Assembly (NCBI RefSeq): GCF_006345805.1
Contig: NC_043006.1
Span: forward strand, 101,494,001-101,558,000
Length of the DNA: 64,000 nt
DNA from: Octopus sinensis
Taxonomy: Eukaryota
Direction: 5' to 3'
The translations under genes and the position numbers were made by a program. This document shows positions 55,515-64,000 of this stretch, in pieces. Every line of letters starts with the position of its first letter. Positions within the stretch are counted from its first letter, which is position 1. The notes under the pieces are model-generated. The model did no database searches and had not been told where the DNA came from. It saw only the letters and a program-made list of their open reading frames with translations.

Positions 55515-55736
55515 CCCTTCAGTTACCATTTTTCAGTTGAAATACACAATCTTTGTTTCAATTAATTATGAAAATAATGGAAAATTTAAGAAAAATACTT
55601 TAGCCATTTCTAAGTCAATGTTTGAAATATGAATTAACATGAAACTTTAATTGACAGTTTTAATTTAGGTCATTCGAAAATATGAAGTTTGTATTATAGA
55701 ACCAGAGCTGTCTCAGGTGGATTAGTCTCAAAAGGG
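55515..55736. mobile_element. piggyBac-type MITE family 2
   Basis: CCCTTCAGTTACC ... TAGTCTCAAAAGGG-TTAA. Interior colinear with 46643-46863. Confidence 0.8.
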
Positions 55737-55892
55737 TTAAACACTTCTTTTTTTTTAGTATTTAATATCTATGATTTCAAATTCAAACTATTAAGAAGTG
55801 ATAAAAAAATGTATGGTGTGTGAATATTGTTCCCTTTGTATGTTATATATGTATAATCCCAACTAGTTGGTTTTAATATTAAAAGGTTTGTT

Positions 55893-56320
55893 AAGGCAGT
55901 GAGCTAGCAAACCAGGTGAAATGCTCAGTGGTATTTCTCTCATCTATGCATTCTGAGTTCAAGTCCTGCTGAGCTCCTCAACTTTGCTTTTCATCCTTTT
56001 GAGTGTCGAGAAAATAAGTACCAGTTGAGCACTGGAGTTGATTTAATTGACTTACTCACCCCCTAAAAACTGCTGGCTTTGTGTCAAAATTAAATGGTTT
56101 GTTATGATAACGAGCTGGTCGAATCATTGATGAGATAGACAAAAAGCTTAGCAACATTTCTTCTGGCTCTTTAGATTCTGGGTTCAAATTCCACTTAGGT
56201 CAACTTTGCCTTTTATTCTTTTGGTGTTGATAAAATAAGTAACTGTTCAACTCTAGAGATTGAAATAACTGACCTGTCCATCTTCCTTATAACTGCTGGC
56301 CTTGTACCAAAATTTGAAAC
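55893..56320 (+). mobile_element. Two tandem SINE family C copies
   Basis: Two successive GAGCT(A/G)GC..GTTCAA..CAACTTTGC..TTTCATCCTTT..GATAAAATAAGTA blocks at about 55893-56095 and 56105-56320. Confidence 0.75.
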
Positions 56321-57989
56321 CAATATGAAAGGTTTTTTTTTTTTATGTAGTTCTTTTATGAACCCTATCTCTTCCTAATATTTCATATCTAAAATAAAAT
56401 ATGGCTCAGAGTACCAGCTTTAATGTATTATATTTAGTGTTGTATCTCTGGGTTTATATCATGCTGGGCTGACCTTTCCCTAAATGTCCCTCAATAGAAT
56501 ATGTAACAGTAATCAATACACAACTGTTTACTCCAATCATATTCTTCCCTTATAGAAATTATTGTTGTACCTAAGAATCTCATGTCTCATATCTGCTAAG
56601 TTGTTTCTAGAGTCATATGGCCTACTTTATATAACAAGCAAATCTCTTTTGGCATCTCTTTGCCTTCTTTTAAAGGTGGACTAAGCATTTGTCTTTTTTA
56701 AATCTTAAGAGAAGCAGCGCCCTAGTAAATACAAGGAAATACAGATTGACTGTCTATATTTGAGTAGAAATGACTGGTGTTACACAATACCTACATGATA
56801 TATAGAAGAAATTATCTAATAAATAAATAGATAGAAGTATTATTAATAGAATAAAAGAATATCTATCTATATGTATTTGAAATTTGATGAATTACTTATC
56901 TTACAAGAAAAACTGAAAAAAAAAAAATCATGTGGTTTAACACCGACAGACCATGTCCACTATCGCCATCTTGCTATATGAGAGGTTTTATATATTTATT
57001 TAGCATATTGGACTAGAAACTAACTTCTTTTTATCCCCTTCCATAAACAAAAACTTTTATGCTGGCCACAAAGCTTAGGAACTCTTTCAAATAGTCATAT
57101 TTGGTTTGTCTCTATGAGAAATCTTTCAGACATCTATCTACATATTATTATTATTATTATTATTGAATAAATAAAGGATTATTATCATCATCATCATCAT
57201 CATTTTCTCTGTTATAGCCCCATCCAATTTGATACATTCACAAAAATAGACAAATAAAGGAGATACATATATGTATGTATATCTGCGTATATATATATAT
57301 GGAGAGGTAGAGAGAGATATTTTCTCTCTTCAATATTTCATATCATTTCTATTGATCTCTGTGGGATTCGGCATCATTTTTATTTATATTTGTTTCGTTA
57401 TTATATTTCTCTCTCAACAATAAATCCATCTTGTTTTTGTATGTATTTCTATTTATTTTTTATTTCTTATTTTTTGATTGATGTGAAACTTCAAGTATAT
57501 TTTGGATCAATTTATTGATCTTTCTGATAGTCAGATGTCAATATATTGATATTCGAATAGTTGGACAGTCATTCAAGCCAATGGGCACTTCCATAACGAC
57601 AGCAGAATTTTTTTAAAGTGCTATTTCATGTGTTGATAGATCCTGCTTATCAATCTTGGAGTCGGTGAAGGCGGGGACATGAAAAGCACAAAGAAAACAA
57701 CCCATACATTCAGCAACATGTTTGCATTCTGTATTCTATATATCTAGTTTATAAACCATGTTCTTATTTTTGTTTCCTTTACTTTTCATATTCATACTTA
57801 CCGAATTAGCTAGACCAATGCTACTTCTTTACTGTTCATATATATTTGTTTGTCAACTACACAAAATGTGTGTGTGTGTGTGTGTGTGTCTAGCACTATA
57901 TACACAGACATAAACATGTCAATGTATGTGGTTGAGATATAGCTATTCATTCTTGTACATAAAATAATTGCATGCTATGCTGAATATAG

Positions 57990-58330
57990 ACGGTTTTCTT
58001 CCCTTTCCTTCCTGAATTGATGAATGTATAATAAAGTATGAAATCGAAGTGATGGTGATGATATTGTTGGAGTGAGTATATGTTTGATAGAGATGGGAGC
58101 CTCTTGATAAGACTTTGAGTCTTTCTTTGCCAAGCAAACAGGGCCGAGTCTGTTGCCAACTGACAGAATTTAGTGCCTGCAGTGATATGACTACTAATCG
58201 AAGAATCTAGTATCTTTCCTACTCCACCGCCATAGTGCTCTACAATTATGCTAATATTTGTTGAAGGACATAACCAATTCTGTAGATATAGGTATAATTG
58301 ATATAATTTATCCCTGTATATCACATGGAC
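57990..58330 (+). mobile_element. Highly degenerate CR1/L2-type LINE RT fragment
   Basis: Translation ..PSLLPTDRI*..FLLHRHSALQLC*YLLKDITNSVDIGIIDIIY resembles CR1/L2 RT blocks YRPISLLP / QxGFxPxRS..QL..DIT..VD...VDxIYLDF. Confidence 0.5.
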
Positions 58331-59404
58331 TTTTATTTATTTATTTATTTTTTTAATAATTATCCACTCTCTGAAAGATAACGATGTACCTTTTGAAATT
58401 TGGACATGTGACTGAGAAGGATAAAAGTAAATACTATAGTGCTTTTCTGTGTACAGTGTTGACCAATCAACTTCTCTTGCTCACATGGTATTTATTAGCA
58501 TTTTTCAAGAAAATACCAATGTTGGAGAGAATATACTATCATTGTTTTCTCTGATACTCTACTACTTCAAGTATAAGCATTGCCATTTCTTTAAGTATAG
58601 CACTGCCTCCACCAGAAAAAAAAAATGAATTGATGTGATACAGTTGGTTGGTTTTACCATTGTATCAAAGTATTTTGTAAAGACAAATGATGATAATTTT
58701 TATTTAAAGACTCAAATTTAGTATAACTTTCCCAAGTGTAATACCAATACTACTGATGTGAAATTGAATTAGTATTAAGAATTCTGCTGAGGATTCAGCT
58801 CTCTTCTACTCTTGATATTCATATCAAAACTAATTAGGATTGTTTACTAGAAAGAAACTGTGTTATTTATAGTGGAAAAACCATTAACCTACCGACTATT
58901 TTATTGATTATTTAAGAGAAGGGTCAGTATCCAAGACATTTTTCAGGACCTCTAAGACTTGAGATGAATGCCGTTTATGTTCAGTTTGAACATTTGTTGG
59001 TTGACATCTACAGGACTAATGAGACTAACATAAGTATTTTAGAAGAAGAAGTTCCAGATTGAGATCTTTGAATAGAGTTTAGGAGCAATGAAAGATGGTG
59101 TCATTTCTTCAAATATAGTTTCTTAAAAATGAATGCAGGAAATTTATTGACTCTTTAAATCCTGTACCACAGGTAACAGCAACTGGTACCAGTTTCTGGT
59201 TGGAAAACAAGAATGACATACTCTTTGTGCAAGAAACAAAGTTTGACCTAATTTTAGAGAGAACTTCCTGTCACATGACTTCCTGTTTGCACAATGTGCA
59301 TTTTTTTTGTGGCTTATTGAATTGATTTGTTCAGATAATTTTCCTTCAGCTTTTGAGCATCTTAACAGATAATACCTCAAGCAATGATAACATTTATCAA
59401 TGAT

Positions 59405-59790
59405 TTATTTGTTATTACCTAATAATGATTTGATCTGTGAAAGAGAGCTTGGGCTTGGAGAAACTAATCAGAATGATATTTCAGTGTTGTCTGCACACAC
59501 AAGTGATCTAAATGATACTCTATAATTTATAATTTATTGATTCTCAGTAGGAGTGATCGTGTCGTCCATAACTGCATCAATGCATTCATTAGTGATGCAG
59601 GCCTTAGAAAACCTTTGAACTGAAAAGCAAAGTCCATTGAGTATTTACTTCAGCATTTTCTTAAAGAAACTTTTGTCAGGATGAATGATGAGACCATAAG
59701 CTATGCATATCAACATGGCAATGCTACCTTCTGCACATCAATGGGAGAGATGAAGACATATCTCAATGATTTTTTTTGTTTATAGTTGTA
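59405..59790 (+). pseudogene. Degenerate piggyBac-like transposase N-terminal fragment
   Basis: Frame starting 59552 gives KSIEYLLQHFLKETFVRMNDETISYAYQHGNATFCTSMGEMKTYL, resembling the piggyBac/PGBD block F..ETF....ETNxYAxQ...T..EM. A charged LLPNND.. segment lies upstream. Stops at 59621 and about 59783. Recognised by eye, no search run. Confidence 0.5.
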
Positions 59791-60304
59791 TAGCTTCCAA
59801 CTTGCAAGTGCACAAATTCAGCTCTAAGATAGGAAATCAATGTGTAAGAATTGGAATTTTGTAAATATATGTGGAAACACCTGCTTGTTATCAGCATAAC
59901 CTGCTTTTAACCTACCTGAACTGCTAACAATGATATGACAACAGGTAAAAATCACATTCACAATGTACCCTAACAACCATTACATCCATATTACCAATTT
60001 CTATCCAAATTCATACAATTGTTATATATATTCTTTAATACACGGAACTAACTACATTCCATCGAAATTTCTAGCTTCTAACATGACTGAGAAATCTATA
60101 CAGAGAAAGTACCACTAGAATTTATGAGTTAAAGTATAAAAGTAATATAGCATAAGAGATATGACCAAATCTTCAGTTACAGCTGAATTGATTGTGTAAT
60201 CAAAGACAGGCCTGTCAGTCAGTGCATGCTGTAATGGAATGGTCTGAGACAATAAATGAGAAATAAGGGATGTCTGTGAGCAGTCAAAATAGGTAAGTGA
60301 ATTT

Positions 60305-60490
60305 TAGTTGTATGAATTGACTCCAGTACTTTTTTTTTCTATGCATGGTACTTATTCTAATGGTATCTTTTGCCAAACCGCTAGGTTATGGGGACGTAAA
60401 CACACCAACATCGGTTGTCAAGTGATGGTGGGACAAATTCAGATACACAGGCATGCACGCGCGTGTGTGCATGCACGCACACACACACAA
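60305..60490 (-). mobile_element. SINE family A, middle fragment
   Basis: TTTTGCCAAACCGCTAGGTTATGGGGACGTAAACACACCAACATCGGTTGTCAAG block; no head. Confidence 0.8.
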
Positions 60491-60496
60491 ACACTT

Positions 60497-60800
60497 AGGC
60501 ACTGGTATGGCTGTGTGGTAAGAAGCTTGCTTCTCAACCACATGGTTCAGGGTTCAGTCCCATTGTGTGGCATCTTGGGTAAGTGTCTTCTCCTATAGCC
60601 TCAGGCTAACCAAAACCTTGTGAATGTATTTGGTAGATGGAAATTGAAAGAAGCCCATCATATATATATATATATATAAGTATATGTTTGTGTGTCTGTG
60701 TTTATCACCCTCACTTGACAACCAAGTCATAGTCAACTAAAGGTGGTACTCCAGCATGGCTCCAGTCAAATAACTGAAATAAGTAAAATAATAAAAGAAT
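60497..60800 (+). mobile_element. SINE family A (plus strand, internal deletion)
   Basis: Head GGTATGGCTGTGTGGTAAGAAGCTTGC..GGGTTCAGTCCC, internal (TA)n, tail CCAGCATGG..CAGTCAAATAACTGAAATAAGTAAAA. Confidence 0.85.
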
Positions 60801-60809
60801 CAACATGTG

Positions 60810-61010
60810 ACCTCGTGAGCACCGCCAGCAATTTTTTTTTCCTCTGTCTTCCCTTCTTGGGATCTTTCCTTCTCCTTTGTTTCCGACGAAGAGCTCCGCT
60901 GGAAACGTTGCACCCTCCTTCTTCCCTTCTTTCCTGAGCGTCCAATAATACTTTATTTGTTCCACGTCCTCGCGTTGCTGTGTTTTTTTTGTGTTTTCTT
61001 GTTTGGATTA

Positions 61011-61015
<5 letters not shown>
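60810..61015 (+). mobile_element. Probable Penelope-like tail with a degenerate hammerhead-like motif
   Basis: CCGACGA-A-GAGC-TCC-GCTG-GAAACGTT at 60883-60909 in a CpG-containing pyrimidine-rich segment ending in (TA)n. Confidence 0.4.
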
Positions 61016-61046
<31 letters not shown>

Positions 61047-61207
61047 TAAATAGATAGATATATCACAGGCTTCTTTCAGTTTCTGACTCCCAAGGTTTTG
61101 GTTGGTCTGAAGCTATAGCAAAAGACATTTGCTCAAACTGAACCCAGAACCATGTGGTTGGGAAACATGTCTTCATCTATTACAGTTATTCTAAAGGAAT
61201 TTTTATA

Positions 61208-61563
61208 TTCTTTTACATGTTTCGGTCATTTGACTGCGGCCATGTTTGAGCATTGCCTTAAAGGATTTTAGTTGAAGAAATCAACTCCATGACTTATTTT
61301 TTGTAAGCCTAGTACTTAAACTATTGGTCTCTTTTGCCGAACCTCTAAGTTATTGGGATGTAAACACACCAAATAGTCATCAAGTAATGGTGGGAGACAA
61401 ACTCAGACACAAAGATATACACACATAAATACACACACACACAAGGCTTTGGTTAGCTCAAGGCTATCGTAGAAGACACTTGCTGAAGGTGCCACACAGT
61501 GGGACTGACTAAGAACCATTTAGTTGGGAAGCAAGCTTCTTACCACATAGCCATGCCTGTGCC
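61208..61563 (-). mobile_element. SINE family A (a partial copy also lies at about 61060-61165)
   Basis: Colinear with the adjacent copy 61597-62000. Confidence 0.85.
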
Positions 61564-61596
61564 TGCAAGCCATGTCTGCACCACTTTCTCTTTCTC

Positions 61597-62000
61597 TCTT
61601 TTACTTGTTTCAGTCATTTGACGGTGGCCATGCTGGAGCACCACCTTTAGTAAAGCAAATCAACCCCAGGACTTATTCTTTGTAAGTCTAGTACTTATTA
61701 TATCGGTCTCTTATGCCGAACCACTAAGTTACAGGGATGTAAACACACCAGTATTGGTTGTCAAGTGATGTTGGGGGGACAAAAACAGACACACACGTAC
61801 ATATATATACATATATATATATATATACACATATATACAACGGGATTCTTTCAGTTTCCGTCTACTAAATCCACTCACAAAACTTTAGTCGGCCCAAGGT
61901 AATAGTAGAAGACACTTGCCCAAGGTGCTACACAGTCGGACTGAACCTGGAACCATCTGGTTGGTAAGCAAGCTACTTACCACACACCCACTCCTACGCC
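61597..62000 (-). mobile_element. SINE family A, best-preserved copy
   Basis: Minus strand: GGCGTAGGAGTGGGTGTGTGGTAAGTAGCTTGCTTACCAACCAGATGGTTCCAGGTTCAGTCCGAC head with B-box, internal TA/CA repeat, tail ..CAAATGACTGAAACAAGTAAAAGA. Confidence 0.9.
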
Positions 62001-63029
62001 TTCATTATTCTAAAACTTAATTGATATAAAGGTAGTATATGTCAACAGAACTATAGTAAAACAAAGTGGTTAACATTACCACTAGGCACCTTATGTACCT
62101 TTAGCAAAGTCCACTCTATTCTAAGTATTCTGGTTTGAGAGTTCTTCCTTTCTCATTTCCACTAGTCCTGGAGGCTCTGGGAAGAACCATGAGCTCTGCT
62201 TTCCTTTCTGACTAAAGGGGGAAAAAAACCCAATAACTTTTTAGTCTCTGCTAATTTACATGAAAACTATATGATATTTATATTTTTACCTGCTTTGTCA
62301 AAAGTGCAACACTTGGCAGGATATGAACAAGTGAATCTTTTATTTAAGAATAAGACACTGTACCATATTCACCCAGTCATTACGATCGCTTTTTACTCTT
62401 TAATTAGTTTGTATGAGACCCTTGTTTTTATCAGCTTTTGTGTTAAAAAAAATTAATCTTGCCAAACAGTTTATCCCTACACAAGAAAGAGAAGAAAGAA
62501 AAAAACTATACTGAATGATATCTATAAAAAAAAACAAAAAACTATAAAACAAAGCTCAATCAAGTTCCCGATGTCTCATTGATTTCATTAAGAGTGTGTT
62601 GGTAAATTAGAACTTTCAGGCATCTCTTATTTTGTTCACTTTGCCACATTTAGAAAGATTAGCTCAGTTTTGGAGGAGAAAATCAAATCAGAACAAGAAC
62701 AAACAAAATGAAATATAATTTGGTCATAGAAAGAAAGGTATGAAAGAAAATATTTCTTTTACCTTGTTTATATGCTAAAGCGTAACTGCATGGATAGATT
62801 AGAGATTCTGTTATACTCTTCGTTTCCTTCTATCAACTTCTTCCATAGTCTACTCTATAATCATTTTCTCTATTTCTTCTTCCTTACACCTTTCTTTCTT
62901 TATCTTCATCTTTTAATCTTCTGTCTTCTAGTATATTCCTTTCATGCACATAATCTATATTCTTTTTAATATATTCTCCTCTTTCATCCTTTTGTATTAC
63001 TCTTTGCTGTCTTTTCTGTCATCACCATC

Positions 63030-63155
63030 ATAGCTCTCTGTCATAGTTCTTCTCCATCACAGTTCTTCTCCGTCACAGCTCTTCTTCTTTGCAGTTCTCC
63101 TCCATCGCAGTTCTTCTCTATCATAATTCTTCCCTGCTGCAGTTCTTCTATACCA
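63030..63155. repeat. Degenerate ~17-bp minisatellite (CAGTTCTTCTCCATCA-like)
   Basis: About seven diverged CAGTTCTTCTC units in tandem. Confidence 0.7.
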
Positions 63156-63459
63156 TAATAATCCCCTTCCTTATTTTGATTCTCAAATATTGCCTTCTTT
63201 GATATAATTTTCCTTGTTTATATCTTCTACATTGTACATTCTTCACCATTGTTTTTTGTTTTTTTTAACCATTGTCTCCTTTTATGCAATTTTCATCGTC
63301 TCTCTTCTTGCCACCATTGTCTTTTATTTTTGTCACCATTGCTGCCTTCACAATAGTCATCACTTTCTGATCATCATTACCTTTTCTATACATTTTTGTC
63401 TTTGCCAGCATCTCAGTCTTCTTTCACAACTTTTGGTTTACATACTCACATACACATGG

Positions 63460-63705
63460 ATGAATGTGTGTGTGTGTGCTTATTTGTATGTATGTATGTA
63501 TATATATATATGTGTATGTGTGTATGTGTGTGTGTGTATAAATTGTATATGTATATGTATCTATAAATATGTGTGTATATATGTGTGTGTGTGCATGTAT
63601 ATATGTATGTGTGCATGTGTGTATATGCATTTGTGTATGTATTTCTATGTATATGTAAATCTATACACAGATATGTGATGTGTATCTATGTGTATGAAAG
63701 TAAAA

Positions 63706-63744
<39 letters not shown>

Positions 63745-63745
63745 T
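63460..63745. repeat. (TG)/(TA) compound microsatellite
   Basis: Alternating TG/TA runs; source of spurious C/V/Y/M ORFs. Confidence 0.9.
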
Positions 63746-64000
63746 CTTTATATTCATTCTTCATTATGTTTACCTTTTTTTTTGTTTTGTATCCATCAGT
63801 GCTCATCTTCCATCTTTTGTGTACTTCCTCTGCCTCCTACTCTAACTCTCCATTCTATCACCTGCTTCTTATAGACTTATATTACTGATGTTATTTATCG
63901 TCTCACAATTCTTGAAATCAGTATTCACGAGAACAGCAACAACAACATCAATAGAGATGATGAGGGTGATAATGATGATGCCTATCTGTTTGCTGGCTTG

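Noticed and set aside
57500-57720. Possible RTE endonuclease remnant (VPIGLND..) on the minus strand
   Set aside because: Similarity too weak to distinguish from chance by eye.
59215-59244. DILFVQETKF, resembling an APE endonuclease QETK motif
   Set aside because: Isolated 10-aa match with no other convincing APE motifs at the right spacing; may be chance.
63920-64000. Open frame IHENSNNNINRDDEGDNDDAYLFAGL at the window edge
   Set aside because: Built from AAC/GAT triplet runs, with a weak acceptor and truncated by the window end.

Overview
AT-rich, repeat-saturated, essentially non-coding eukaryotic DNA. The SINE families and the density of (TA)n/(CA)n arrays suggest an octopus/cephalopod genome, but that is inference from recognition, not a database result. 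I can support no intact protein-coding gene, RNA gene or CRISPR array: the listed ORFs are microsatellite read-throughs or pieces of dead transposons. The window holds about 30 tRNA-derived SINE copies in 3-4 families and several RTE-clade LINE fragments, including a 2.1-kb 5'-truncated RT with a PHD-like Cys/His insert. It also holds a decayed DD37D (maT-type) Tc1/mariner transposase, two TTAA-flanked piggyBac-type MITE families plus a piggyBac transposase remnant, and one hAT and one mariner MITE. There is also a young non-autonomous Helitron, a CR1/L2 RT remnant and Penelope-like (GIY-YIG) relics next to a 2.8-kb (TA)-rich array. Most interesting: (i) degenerate minimal hammerhead-ribozyme motifs, one inside a 220-bp fold-back element, and (ii) a three-piece scrambled templated insertion copied from 1-2 kb upstream. 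Also notable are (iii) a strong minus-strand bias of one SINE family, hinting that the window lies in a large plus-strand intron, and (iv) weak microexon/recursive-splice candidates. Ends of degenerate repeats are approximate (about +/-20-30 bp).
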